DNA of 64,000 nucleotides from Thermoplasmata archaeon (lineage in GTDB: Archaea > Thermoplasmatota > Thermoplasmata > Lutacidiplasmatales > UBA184), in contig JAKAVQ010000004.1 in the NCBI GenBank assembly GCA_021817245.1, forward strand, positions 115,403 to 179,402, read 5' to 3'. Below the pieces are notes generated by a model that saw only the letters and a list, made by a program, of their open reading frames with translations, was not told the origin of the DNA and did not search any database. The translations under genes were made by a program, and so were the position numbers. Position 1 is the stretch's first letter, and every line of letters starts with the position of its first letter. Positions 36,058 to 46,600 of this stretch are shown one piece after another.

Positions 36058-37091
36058 ACCCGGTCCTCGTCCTTGGCGGGGGCCCCGCCGGACTGAGCGC
36101 CGCCGCCGAGCTGGCGGCCTTGGGCGCCCCCACCCTCCTGGTCGAGCGGGAGAGCTACCTCGGCGGGAACCCCCAGCGCTGGCACTACTCGCTCCTCGCG
36201 CCGGATCTACGGCCGGCGCAGGAGGTCATGGGTCCCCTCCTCTCGCGGGTCGAGAATCATCCGTCCATCGAGCGCCGCCTCTCGACGTCCGTCGTGCGGG
36301 CCGAGCTCCGCCCGAAGGGCTACCAGGTCGTGCTCAAGACCCAGGACTCGACCGAGACCCGCGATGTCTCCGCGGTCGTCCTCGCCACCGGGTTCGACCA
36401 CTTCGATTCCCGGCGGAAGTACGAGTACGGGTACGGGCGGTACCCCGATGTCCTCGACTTCAAGGAGGTCGAGCAGATGCTGCACGAGGACCGGGTCGTT
36501 CGGCCCTCGGACGGAAAGCCGCCCCGCCGGATCGCATGGATCCTCTGCGTGGGGTCGCGGGACGTTCAGGTCGGCAACCCCTGGTGCTGCCGCATGGGGT
36601 GCGTGGTGAGCATCAAGCAGGCGGTGGAGGTCCGCCAGCGCCACCCGGAGATCGACGCCTACGTTTACTACATGGACATCCGGACGTACGGCCTCTGGGA
36701 GGACCTCTACTGGAAGTCGATGCAGGAGTACGGGGTCAAGTTCGTGCGCGGACGCATCGGCGCGGTGACGCTCGCTGAGGGCGGCTCCCGACTGATCGCG
36801 ACCGGTGAGGACACCATCTTGAGCCGGCCGACCGAGGTGCCGTTCGATATGATCGTGTTGGCGAGCGGCATGGAGCCCGGGACCGGGACGAAGGAGGCCG
36901 CCACGCTCTTCGGAGTCCCCGTGGGCCCAGAGGGATTCCTCACCCCGAGGGTCTCCGACCTGAACCCGGTCGACTCGGGACTTCCCGGACTCTTCTTCGC
37001 GGGCGCAGCGACCGGTCCGAAGGCGATTCCCGACGCGGTGACGGAGGGGATGGGCGCGGCGCTGCGCGCCTTCCAATATGCTCGCCTCTGA
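36054..37091 (+). CDS. hdrA: sHdr subunit HdrA-like flavoprotein (short, thioredoxin-reductase-like core only)
   Basis: GTG at 36054 overlaps the hdrB1 TGA (GTGA). FAD site VLVLGGGPAGLSAAAELA. HdrA signature ILCVGSRDVQVGNPWCCRMGCVVS. The size of 345 aa is typical of sHdrA. Confidence 0.85.
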   Translation: MNPVLVLGGGPAGLSAAAELAALGAPTLLVERESYLGGNPQRWHYSLLAPDLRPAQEVMGPLLSRVENHPSIERRLSTSVVRAELRPKGYQVVLKTQDSTETRDVSAVVLATGFDHFDSRRKYEYGYGRYPDVLDFKEVEQMLHEDRVVRPSDGKPPRRIAWILCVGSRDVQVGNPWCCRMGCVVSIKQAVEVRQRHPEIDAYVYYMDIRTYGLWEDLYWKSMQEYGVKFVRGRIGAVTLAEGGSRLIATGEDTILSRPTEVPFDMIVLASGMEPGTGTKEAATLFGVPVGPEGFLTPRVSDLNPVDSGLPGLFFAGAATGPKAIPDAVTEGMGAALRAFQYARL

Positions 37092-37818
37092 CCCTGCCCA
37101 CCGCCCGTCGGAGGGCCTCGGCGCCGACCCGGGGCGGGTCGCCCAGTGCTTCCGCGAGCGGGTCGTGCCGTGCGGCACGGAACCGGTGAACCACCTCGAG
37201 GCGGCGGTGGAGGCGAAGCTGGCGGCCGTCCGCAGCCTGGAATTCGCCCCCGACGCGAGCTTCGCCGCCGACTTCGCTCGCGTGATCGCGAGCGTCGTGG
37301 CGACTCGGCCTCATCGCCCCTCACTGGTCGCCGAGACGGCTCCCGGGGTGGTCCGCGAGATCCTCCGCGCGGCGCGCACGTCCCGGCTCGGCCCGGCCGA
37401 CCTGCCCGCGGTGGCGGACCGACTCGGCGGGGCGCCCGCCGAGGTCCGACTCGACCTTGCCGCCGAGCTCGTCCACGCGGCGGCCCCCGACCGGCTCGCG
37501 CTGCTCGCCCGCTGGGTTTGGAACCCGGTCCGGCGCACCGGTATCCTCTCCGAGTTCGGCGGAGAGCCTCCCGAGAGCTACGCCGGTACGCAGCTCCGCC
37601 TCGGAGAGGTTCGGCTCGAGCTCTCCGCGCTTGGGTTCCCGTCCTCCACCTTCGCCGCGGTCGATGTCCTCTGCGCCCTCACCTACGCCGGTCGGATCGA
37701 CCGGGCGGTCGACGCGAGCTTCCAGGGCGGGGGGATCGAGCGCCTGCTTCCCGGTCCGTTTCCGCTCGCGACGATGCTGCTCGGCGTACGGAGGCGCCTT
37801 TCGAATGCCGATCGTTGA
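37078..37818 (+). CDS. conserved hypothetical protein of the sHdr operon ('hyp')
   Basis: 246-aa ORF between hdrA and hdrC2 that overlaps both neighbours by 14 nt. This position corresponds to the 'hyp' gene in the hdrC1B1A-hyp-hdrC2B2 arrangement. No motif recognised. Confidence 0.6.
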   Translation: MLASDPAHRPSEGLGADPGRVAQCFRERVVPCGTEPVNHLEAAVEAKLAAVRSLEFAPDASFAADFARVIASVVATRPHRPSLVAETAPGVVREILRAARTSRLGPADLPAVADRLGGAPAEVRLDLAAELVHAAAPDRLALLARWVWNPVRRTGILSEFGGEPPESYAGTQLRLGEVRLELSALGFPSSTFAAVDVLCALTYAGRIDRAVDASFQGGGIERLLPGPFPLATMLLGVRRRLSNADR

Positions 37819-38536
37819 GAAGTCGCTCGTGGAGGTCGACCGGAAGGAGCACCTCGAGGTCGAGGGGATCGACGTCTCGGGAGACTGGAACACCTTCCTC
37901 CGCTCGCGGGTCCAGACCGATCTCGACGTGCGGGTCGTGGACTGGGTGAAGGGTCAGCCGCAGGGGGAGACGATCTCCCGATGCTGGCAGTGCGGGACCT
38001 GCACCGCCGGCTGCTGTATGCACACCGACTACGGGCTCACCGACTTCAACCCGCGCTACTTCATCTACCTCGCCCAGGTCGGCTACGAGGAGGAGCTCCG
38101 CCGCTACGCGTCGACGATCTGGCGGTGCGTCTCCTGCAACAAGTGCGTCGAGCGCTGCCCGAAGGGGGTCAAGGTGGAGGAGGTCGTCCACACGATCGGC
38201 ACCTACCTTACGCTCACCGGGGCTGCGGCCGAGAGCCCGGCCGACCGGTTCGACCGCGCGTACACCGAGAACCTGCTGGCCCGGGGAGTCCTCGACGAGG
38301 CCGCCCTCTTCCGCACGTACGAGCGCCTCGAGGGACGCAAGACGCCCGCGAAGAAGCTCCTTTCGATGGGGCTCTCCCTCCTGAGGACGGGGCGGCTCCA
38401 CACCGGTCCGCTCGCCCACCGCACCCGGGGCTGGCGACGGATGCGGACCGTGCTCGAGGCACAGCTCGCCGAGGACGAGCGCCGGCGGAAGGGAGCGCTC
38501 GCACCGGCGACGCCCGCGGCGGGAGGGAACCGATGA
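37805..38536 (+). CDS. hdrC2: sHdr subunit HdrC2-like 4Fe-4S protein
   Basis: In-frame ATG at 37805 in track ORF 37457..38536. Cluster motifs are CWQCGTCTAGC and CVSCNKCVERCP. Confidence 0.8.
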   Translation: MPIVEKSLVEVDRKEHLEVEGIDVSGDWNTFLRSRVQTDLDVRVVDWVKGQPQGETISRCWQCGTCTAGCCMHTDYGLTDFNPRYFIYLAQVGYEEELRRYASTIWRCVSCNKCVERCPKGVKVEEVVHTIGTYLTLTGAAAESPADRFDRAYTENLLARGVLDEAALFRTYERLEGRKTPAKKLLSMGLSLLRTGRLHTGPLAHRTRGWRRMRTVLEAQLAEDERRRKGALAPATPAAGGNR

Positions 38537-39468
38537 GTTCGGCCACACCCCGCGGACCGATCGAGACAACGCCGGCGTACTACCCCGGCTGCTCACTGGA
38601 CGGGCTCGGCAAGGCCTACGAGATCAGTTGTCAGCAAGTCCTCGACCGGCTCGGTCTCTCTCTCGACCGTATCGTGGACTACAACTGCTGCGGGGCGACC
38701 GAGGTGAAGAACCTCTCCGAGGACGTCTCGGTCGCGCTACCGGCGCGCAACCTTGCCCTCGCGCGGACGATGGGCCGCCAACAGGTCGTCGCGGCGTGCA
38801 ACGGCTGCGTCTATTCGCTGACCCGAGCCAATGACGCGGTCGCCGACCCCGCGACCCGCGAGCGCATCAACGCGACGCTCGAGCGCGGTGGGGCTCCCGC
38901 ATACGACGGGGCCGCGTCGGTCCAGCACGTGCTCGAGTTCGTCTACCGACGCGCGGGGCCCGAACGGGTACGCGCGGCGGTCCGACGGCCTCTCGAGGGG
39001 CTCACGATCGCCCCGTACTACGGCTGCCTCTACACCCGACCGAAGCGCTACACGGGCGTTGGGAAGACGCCCGGGACGGACGATCCCGAACACCCCCACT
39101 TCCTCGACGAGCTCCTCGCCGCGTGCGGGGCCCGGGTGCTGACGGACTTCTCCGCGAAGACGATCTGCTGCGGCGGAGGCCATGCGCTCAGCGATCTCGA
39201 CGTCTCGGTCGCGTTCAGCGCGTCGATCCTGAACGAGGCGAAGCGGGCCGGCGCCGATCTCGTCGCGACGATCTGCCCCCTCGGGCAGATCAACATCGAA
39301 AACCATCTCGACCGCATCCGCGCCGAGTACGGTGACGAGGTGGTGCGGCCGGTCGCCTACTTCACGCAACTCATGAGCCTCGCCTTCGGCGCAAGCCTCC
39401 GGGAGGCGCGGCTGGCGGACAATTTCTCGCGACCCGACCTCTTCTTGCGGTCGCGAGGTTTCTCCTAG
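38533..39468 (+). CDS. hdrB2: sHdr subunit HdrB2-like protein with two CCG domains
   Basis: ATG at 38533 overlaps the hdrC2 stop (ATGA). It has YYPGCSLDG...YNCCGATE...CNGCVYS and YYGCLYT...ICCGGGHA...ICPLGQ, which makes two complete CCG motifs. Confidence 0.85.
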   Translation: MSSATPRGPIETTPAYYPGCSLDGLGKAYEISCQQVLDRLGLSLDRIVDYNCCGATEVKNLSEDVSVALPARNLALARTMGRQQVVAACNGCVYSLTRANDAVADPATRERINATLERGGAPAYDGAASVQHVLEFVYRRAGPERVRAAVRRPLEGLTIAPYYGCLYTRPKRYTGVGKTPGTDDPEHPHFLDELLAACGARVLTDFSAKTICCGGGHALSDLDVSVAFSASILNEAKRAGADLVATICPLGQINIENHLDRIRAEYGDEVVRPVAYFTQLMSLAFGASLREARLADNFSRPDLFLRSRGFS

Positions 39469-39488
39469 GACGGTTCGAGGTATCCACC

Positions 39489-39938
39489 ATGGCGATCCTG
39501 AACGGATGCGAGTTCCCTGAGGACCGGGCGTACTTCATCGAGCGAACGCAGATGACCTGGGTGAAGGTCGAGGGGGACCGCATCACGGTCGGCCTCACGG
39601 ACCCGGCCCAGACGCGCGCCGGCAAGATCCTCCACGTGCGCCTCAAGGTGGCCGGCACCTCCCGGGAACGGGGAAAGCCGATCGCCACGGTCGAGAGCGG
39701 GAAGTGGGCGGGCCCGGTGATGGCTCCGGTGACCGGCACCGTCGTCGAGCCGAACGCGGAGGTCGAGAAGGACCCTTCCCTGCTCAACACCGACCCTTAC
39801 GGCCGGGGGTGGATCGTGAAGATGACCGCCACCGTCCCCGCGGAGATCGCAACGCTCCTCACCGGAGCGGAGGCGCTCGCCCGGTTCAAGGAGATCCTCG
39901 AGAAGGACAACATCCGGTGCATGCGATGCCAGACGTGA
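39489..39938 (+). CDS. lbpA: lipoate-binding protein LbpA (GcvH-like)
   Basis: GcvH fold pattern with the lipoyl-lysine motif ATVESGKWAGPVMAPVTG and DPYGRGWIVK. It lies directly downstream of the sHdr genes. Confidence 0.85.
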   Translation: MAILNGCEFPEDRAYFIERTQMTWVKVEGDRITVGLTDPAQTRAGKILHVRLKVAGTSRERGKPIATVESGKWAGPVMAPVTGTVVEPNAEVEKDPSLLNTDPYGRGWIVKMTATVPAEIATLLTGAEALARFKEILEKDNIRCMRCQT

Positions 39939-39960
39939 GCGGGACGCAGGGAGGGAAGCG

Positions 39961-40353
39961 ATGACGGAGACGACGAGCGCCGACCCGGCCGGCAAGAAGA
40001 TCCTGATGGTGATGACGACGGGACCCGAGGACCCCGACAAGACCTACGCCCCGTTCTACACGGCCGCGCTCATGGCGGCGATGGAGATCGACACGACGAT
40101 GTACTTCCTCATGCACGCTCCCGAACTCCTGAAGAAGGGCGCGGCCGAAAAGGTCCCGCTCAAGAAGGGCGGGAGCCTCAAGATGTTCGTCGACATGGCG
40201 CTCGAGAACGGCGTGAAGTTCCTGGCGTGCGCCGAGAGCTGCCGGGACCTCTGCGAGATCGCGCCCGGCGAGCTGATCGACGGCGTGAAGCTCGTCGGCT
40301 CCGCCACGATGGCCGACCTGGCGCTCGAAGCGGACTCGGTCCTGTCGTTCTAG
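39961..40353 (+). CDS. DsrE family sulfur-carrier protein
   Basis: 130 aa: KKILMVMTTGPEDPDKTYAPFYTAALMAAM ... VKFLACAESC, the DsrE-type fold with a conserved Cys. GGAGGG lies upstream. Confidence 0.8.
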   Translation: MTETTSADPAGKKILMVMTTGPEDPDKTYAPFYTAALMAAMEIDTTMYFLMHAPELLKKGAAEKVPLKKGGSLKMFVDMALENGVKFLACAESCRDLCEIAPGELIDGVKLVGSATMADLALEADSVLSF

Positions 40354-40375
40354 GGCCGGCACGAGGTCGCGCGGG

Positions 40376-41500
40376 ATGGCGGCCCGGTGGCGCTGGGTCG
40401 ACCTCGATGGCGTCGACGGGCCCACGATGGTCAACCTCTTCGTCGCGCTCGCCGAGCCGATCGGCACCGCTCGCTCTCCGCCGACCGTTCTCTTCCTCCA
40501 CCCGAGCGCGCCGTTCGCCAACGTCGGCTTTCACCAGGAGGCCGAGCGGGAGCTCGACCTCGAGTACTGCCGGGCGCACGGCGTTCCGGTCGTCCGGCGC
40601 GTCGTGGGCGGCGGAGCGATCCTGGACGGGCCGTGGGAGCAGGACTACATGCTGATCGTCCCTGCGGGGTCGCCGGGGACGGAGGGGGGAGTGGCCGGAT
40701 TCTACGAGCGCTACCTCGCCCCCGTCCGCGCGACCCTCGGCCGGCTGGGCGTCCCGGCAGAGCGCTCCGGGGTGAACGACCTCGCGGCCGGCGGGCGGAA
40801 GGTCAGCGCGAACGGGGCGCTCACGCTCGACGAGAGCTGGGTGCTCGTCGGCGACCTTCTCCTCGACCTCGACGTCGCGGCCATGAGCCGGGTCCTCCGG
40901 GTCCCGGACGAGAAGTTCCGCGGGAAGCTCGCGAGCGGCATGGACGAGTGGCTGACGAGCGTCCGGCGGCTCACCGGCCGCTCGGTGCCGCGCGAGGAGG
41001 TCGGACGGATCCTCCGGGAGGAGATCGAGCGGGCGTTCGCCGTCACGCTCGTTCCGGGCCCCCTTCGACCGGAGGAGACCGAGCGCCTGGACGCGCTCCG
41101 GCGCCTCCGGACCACCGACGATTGGACGTTCCAGAAGGATCGCGCCCACCCGGACCTCGCCGGCGGGCCCGACGCCGGGCACGCGATCAAGATCTCGGCG
41201 GAGGCGACGCTCGCGCGCTACGACCTCAAGGCCGGGAAGCTCCTCCGCGTCACCCTCCTCCACGACCGGGGCGCGGTCCGAGAGGTCCAGTTCGCCGGCG
41301 ACTTCTTCACCCAGCCGTTCGACGGCCACCTCGCCGACCTCGAGGCCGGCCTCCGGGGACTTCCGCTCTCAGAGCCGGAGCTGGCGGCCGCGATCCGAGG
41401 CTGGCTCGAGAGGCGGAACGTCCAGCTTCTCGGCGCCGCTCCCGAGGACCTCGCGCGCGCGGTCGTCGGCGCCGCCGCCCTCCGACCGTCATCGAGCTAG
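40376..41500 (+). CDS. lipoate-protein ligase (LplA-like, sLpl(AB)-type single polypeptide)
   Basis: BPL/LPL catalytic-domain pattern: LFLHPSAPFANVGFHQ..., VVRRVVGGGAILDG, and a conserved Lys in GGRKVSANG. There is a C-terminal accessory domain. Confidence 0.8.
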   Translation: MAARWRWVDLDGVDGPTMVNLFVALAEPIGTARSPPTVLFLHPSAPFANVGFHQEAERELDLEYCRAHGVPVVRRVVGGGAILDGPWEQDYMLIVPAGSPGTEGGVAGFYERYLAPVRATLGRLGVPAERSGVNDLAAGGRKVSANGALTLDESWVLVGDLLLDLDVAAMSRVLRVPDEKFRGKLASGMDEWLTSVRRLTGRSVPREEVGRILREEIERAFAVTLVPGPLRPEETERLDALRRLRTTDDWTFQKDRAHPDLAGGPDAGHAIKISAEATLARYDLKAGKLLRVTLLHDRGAVREVQFAGDFFTQPFDGHLADLEAGLRGLPLSEPELAAAIRGWLERRNVQLLGAAPEDLARAVVGAAALRPSSS

Positions 41501-41610
41501 GCCCCCGTCGGCAGGATCGCCCTCGGCCCGCCACGACCGATCCCTCGTCCACGGCCCGGCGCCCCGGTGCGAAGGGGCCCTCCCCCGCGGTGTGCGGTCG
41601 AGGAGAATCC

Positions 41611-41616
41611 TTTTTT
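41611..41616 (+). terminator. oligo-T tract (archaeal-type terminator candidate) after the sHdr-lbpA-lplA operon
   Basis: TTTTTT is the longest T run I noticed in this GC-rich window. It lies 111 nt after the lplA-like stop and is flanked by the GTCGA...TCGAC inverted repeat. Confidence 0.35.
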
Positions 41617-41696
41617 CGACCATCCGCTCGTTCCTCGGGCGAACGGCCCCCCGCGCCACGGTGCGGGGCGCGCGCGTCCGCAACGAGGAGACGACA

Positions 41697-43673
41697 GTGG
41701 TCCCCGCACGACGGCCCCCCCGGGTCGCGATCGAGAACGTCTGGCCCCAGGTCGACGGGGGAGCTGTTCCGATCGCCCGGACGCCCGGCGAGCCGGTCGA
41801 CGTCTACGCGGACGTCTTCGCCGATGGGACGGCGGGAGTGCGGGTGGCGATCCGCTGGCGACGGAGGCCCGCGACCGAGTGGCGCTGGACGCCGATGACC
41901 CCCGTCGGCAATGACCGCTGGCACGGGGCGTTCGTGGTCCCCGAGGCCGGAGCATACGAGTTCGCCGTCGCGGGATGGGTCGACCCGTACCTCACCTGGA
42001 GGGAGCTGCTCGACCGCCGGATCGCCACGGGGTCCGTCACCGAGGGCGACCTGCAGGAAGGGGCCGATCTCTTGCGGGCCGCCGCGCGCCGCACGCAGGG
42101 GCCCGACGCGAGCCGTCTTATCGAGCACGCCGGTCGGCTCCGCTCCCTCGCGGCAGGGCCTCTCGCGGAAGCGGCCCGTTCGGCGACCGACCCCGAGCCG
42201 CTCGAGCTCGTCGCCCGGTCCCCCGATCGCTCCGCGATCTACCTCTCCCCGACGGTCCTCCGGATCCGGGTCGACCCGCCCCGGGCTCGGGCGAGCGCGT
42301 GGTACGAGCTCTTTCCCCGCTCCACGAGCCCCAAGGCGGGTCGCCCGGGGACCCTTCGGGACCTCCGGCAGCGCCTCTCGTACATCGCCGACCTCGGGTT
42401 CGACGTCGTCTACCTCCCCCCGATCCACCCGATCGGGCGGACCGGCCGTCGGGGCCCGGACAACCGGCACGATCCGAACGCCTCGGGTCCGGGCAGCCCT
42501 TGGGCGATCGGTTCCGAGGCCGGCGGCCACACCGCGGTCGATCCCGCGCTCGGGACGATCGACGAGTTCCGGGAGCTCGTTGCGGAGGCCGGCCGGCAAG
42601 GACTGGAGGTCGCCCTCGACCTCGCCTTCCAGTGCTCGCCGGACCATCCGTGGGTGACCGAACATCCCGCATGGTTCCGCCACCGTCCGGACGGGTCGAT
42701 CCGGACCGCGGAGAACCCGCCGAAGCGGTACGAGGACATCTACCCCCTCGATTTCGACTCGCGTGACTGGAGGGCCCTCTGGGCCGCGCTCCGGGAGGTC
42801 GTCGAGTTCTGGATCGGGCTTGGCGTGCGGTGGTTCCGGGTCGACAACCCGCACACCAAGCCGTTCGAGTTCTGGCGCTGGCTCATCGCGGAGGTCCGTC
42901 GGGACCACCCCGAGGTCCTCTTCCTCGCCGAGGCGTTTACGCGCCCGAAGGTCATGGTGCGGCTCGCGGAGGTCGGGTTCACCCACTCCTACACCTACTT
43001 CGCGTGGCGGACGACCCGCGCCGAGATCGAACGGTACTTCCGGGAGCTCCACGAGGGAGTCTCCCACGAGGTCCTGCGCCCTCACCTCTGGCCGAACACC
43101 CCCGACATCCTGACCGAGCAGTTCCATTCCGGCCGAAGGAGCGTCTTCGTCCAACGACTGGTCCTGGCGGCGACGCTCGGGTCGCACTACGGGATCTACG
43201 GGCCCGCGTACGAGCTCCTCGAGCATCGCCCGCTCCAAGCGGCCAGTGAAGAGTACGCGCGTTCCGAGAAGTACGAGCTCCGGCACTGGGACCTCGACGC
43301 CCCGGGGTCGCTCGCTCCCGAGCTCCGGAGGATCAACCGCATCCGGCGGGAGAATCCGGCGCTTCACGCCGGCCGGAACCTCGCTTTCCACGGGGTCGAC
43401 AACGACCGCCTGATCGCCTACAGCCGACGGAGCGACGACGGCACGAACACCGTGCTCGTGGTCGTCAACCTGGATGCGGAGTCGCCCCAGGCCGGCTGGA
43501 CCTGGCTCGACCTGCGGGAGCTCGGCGTCGCGCCGGAGGAGCCCTTCGAGGTGGAGGACCTCTGGAACGGACCCCGCTACCGCTGGGCCGGCGCCCGCAA
43601 CTTCGTCCGCCTCGACCCCCAGGCGGAGACCGCCCACGTCTTCCGCGTCCGCCGGCTGGGTGGGGGGTCATGA
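41697..43673 (+). CDS. glgE: alpha-1,4-glucan:maltose-1-phosphate maltosyltransferase
   Basis: GTG at 41697 is preceded by GAGGAG. The N-terminus PPRVAIENVWPQVDGGAVPIARTPGEPVDVYADVFADG and catalytic WFRVDNPHTKPFEFWRWLI...LFLAEAFTRPKVM are characteristic of GlgE. Confidence 0.9.
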   Translation: MVPARRPPRVAIENVWPQVDGGAVPIARTPGEPVDVYADVFADGTAGVRVAIRWRRRPATEWRWTPMTPVGNDRWHGAFVVPEAGAYEFAVAGWVDPYLTWRELLDRRIATGSVTEGDLQEGADLLRAAARRTQGPDASRLIEHAGRLRSLAAGPLAEAARSATDPEPLELVARSPDRSAIYLSPTVLRIRVDPPRARASAWYELFPRSTSPKAGRPGTLRDLRQRLSYIADLGFDVVYLPPIHPIGRTGRRGPDNRHDPNASGPGSPWAIGSEAGGHTAVDPALGTIDEFRELVAEAGRQGLEVALDLAFQCSPDHPWVTEHPAWFRHRPDGSIRTAENPPKRYEDIYPLDFDSRDWRALWAALREVVEFWIGLGVRWFRVDNPHTKPFEFWRWLIAEVRRDHPEVLFLAEAFTRPKVMVRLAEVGFTHSYTYFAWRTTRAEIERYFRELHEGVSHEVLRPHLWPNTPDILTEQFHSGRRSVFVQRLVLAATLGSHYGIYGPAYELLEHRPLQAASEEYARSEKYELRHWDLDAPGSLAPELRRINRIRRENPALHAGRNLAFHGVDNDRLIAYSRRSDDGTNTVLVVVNLDAESPQAGWTWLDLRELGVAPEEPFEVEDLWNGPRYRWAGARNFVRLDPQAETAHVFRVRRLGGGS

Positions 43674-46600
43674 GCCCCGCGGCGAGCGAGCGTCCCCCGG
43701 GATCGACCGGGGGAGCCGCGGGCCCGCAGACCCCCTCCACGTCGGTCGACCCCACGTGGTACAAGGATGCGGTGATCTACGAGCTGCACGTCCGTTCCTT
43801 CTCCGACAGCACCTCGGACGGCACCGGTGATTTTCCCGGACTGACGGCGAAGCTCGATTACCTCCGCGACCTCGGCGTCACCGCGCTCTGGCTCCTCCCG
43901 TTCTACCCGTCGCCGCTCGTCGACGACGGCTACGACATCTCCGACTACACGGCGATCCACCCGTCGTACGGAACGCTGCGGGACTTCCGCAACTTCCTGC
44001 GGGAGGCGCACGCCCGCGGGCTGAGGGTGATCACCGAGCTCGTCCTGAACCACACCTCCGACCAGCACTGGTGGTTCCAGCGCGCGCGCCGCGCCCCTCC
44101 GAACAGCATCGACCGCGACTTCTACCTCTGGAGCGAGACGCCGGACAAGTTCTCCGGGGCTCGCGTGATCTTCAAGGACTTCGAGCCATCGAACTGGACC
44201 TGGGACCCGGTCGCGAAGGCGTACTACTTCCATCGCTTCTACAGCCATCAGCCGGACCTGAACTACGACAATCCGGCCGTGCAGCGCGCGATGGTACGCA
44301 CGATCGATTCCTGGCTCGAGATGGGCGTGGACGGACTCCGGCTCGACGCCGCGCCGTACCTGTACAAGCGGGAGGGGACGAACTGCGAGAACCTGCCCGA
44401 GACCCATGCCTTCCTGAGGACCCTGCGCCGGCACGTGGACGAGCACTTCCCGGGCCGGATGCTCCTCGCCGAGGCGAACCAGTGGCCGGAGGACGCCGCC
44501 GCGTACTTCGGACGGGGCGACGGCGACGAGTGCCACACCGCCTTCCACTTCCCGCTGATGCCGCGGCTGTTCATGGCCGCCCACATGGGAGGGCGATTCC
44601 CCATCATCGACGTCCTCCGCCAGACCCCGGCGATCCCGATGAGCTGCCAGTGGCTGCTCTTTCTGCGGAACCACGACGAGCTCACGCTCGAGATGGTCTC
44701 GGACGAGGAGCGCGACTACATGTACCGCGTGTACGCGCACGACCCGCGCATGCGGCTGAACCTCGGGATCCGCCGGCGGCTCGCACCGCTCCTCGGGAAC
44801 GACCGGCGCTTGATCGAGCTCATGAACGGGCTATTGTTCGCGCTCCCCGGCACCCCGGTCCTCTACTACGGCGACGAGATCGGGATGGGGGACAACGTCT
44901 ACCTCGGGGACCGCAACGGCGTCCGCACGCCGATGCAGTGGAGCCCGGATCGCAACGGGGGCTTCTCCCGAGCGAACCCCCAGCGACTCTACCTGCCGGT
45001 CATCATCGACCCCGAATACCACTACGAGCGCGTGAACGTCGAGGTCCAGCAGGCGAGCCCGACCTCGCTCCTCTGGCATATGAAACGCCTCATCGCCCTC
45101 CGTCAGGAGACGCGGGTCTTCGGGCGGGGAACCATTGCGTTCCTCTACCCCGCGAACCCCCGCATCCTGGCGTTCCTCCGCGCGTACGAGGGCGAGCAGG
45201 CGCTGACCGTCGCCAACCTCTCGCATCTCGCGCAGGCGGTCGACCTCGACCTGAAGGCGTACGCGGGGATGCGCCCGGTCGAGCTGTTCGGTCGCACCGC
45301 CTTCCCCCCGATCGGCGACGCGCCGTACCGGCTCACGCTCGGCCCGTTCGGCTTCCTGTGGTTCCGTCTCGAGGTACCGACGAGCCCCGGCCCCTCCGAG
45401 GAGGCGGCGACGGTCGAGCCCCTCGCCGTCGTCGGGAGAGGCACCTGGGAGGACCTCGAGGACCCCGGGACCCGCTCCCGCATCGAGGCGTTCCTGCCCC
45501 GCTATCTCCTGAGACAGCGGTGGTACCGGGGAAAGGGCCTGTCGATCGAGTCGGTCCGGCTCCTCCCGTCGGTCGCGCTCGGGAGCGACCCCGAGCGGAT
45601 CCGGTTCGCCTTCGTCGAGGTCCGATATTCCGAGGGCGAGCCGCACGTCTACCTCCTCCCTCTCGCTCTCGGCGATGCGGGCCCGCCCGCCTCCCTGGCG
45701 GAGAGCCCGCCGAGCCACATCCTCGCGACGTTCCGGCCGTCGGGCGGGGGGACCGAGCGCGTCCTCTACGACGTCGCGCAGGACGCCGAGTTCGTGCACC
45801 AGATCGTCCAGCGGATCGGCCGGAACCGCCGACGCCTGGTCAATGGGGGCGCCGAACTGATCGCCCTCCGCACGCCCGCGTTCGAGAACGAGGAGGGGGC
45901 GCCGACCGCGGAGCTGCCGGTGGCTGCCCTACGGAACGAGCAGTCGAACTCCTCGTCGAAGATCGGCGATCGGTACATCCTGAAGCTGTTCCGGCTCTTC
46001 GAGGCCGGCGCAAACCCCGAGGTCGAGCTCGGGGAGTTCCTCAGCCGCCGGGCGGCCAGCCCGGTAGCCCCGCTCGCCGGCCACGTCGAGTACCGTAACG
46101 CGGTCGGGGAGCGCTACACGATCGCCTCCCTCCACGCGCTCGTCCCGAACGAGGGGGACGCTTGGGGGGTCACGCTCGATCACCTGAAGGGGTACTTCGA
46201 CCGGGCGCGTGCCCGCCTCGTGACCCAGGGCCGCCCGCCGACCGACGACGAGCTCCGGATCGACCTCGGCGGGACCGAACCCTCTCCGGCCGCCCGAGAG
46301 CTCGTCGGGTCGTACCTCGAGCTCGCGCGCCGTCTCGGCGAGCGCACCGCGGAGCTCCACCGCGCCCTCGGAAGCGAACCGTACGACCCCGCGTTCGCCC
46401 CCGAGCCGTTCGACCAGCTCTACGTCCGTTCGGTCCTCCAGCGGATGCAGACGCTCCGCCAGCAGGCGTTCGAGCTCCTCCGCTCCGCCCGGGAATCGAT
46501 GCCGGAGGTGCTCCGTCCGCTCGCCGAGGAGGTCCTCGGCCGCGAGGCGGAGCTCGACGGCCGCTTCCGCGCGCTCACCGGCCGTCGGTACACGGGGCAG

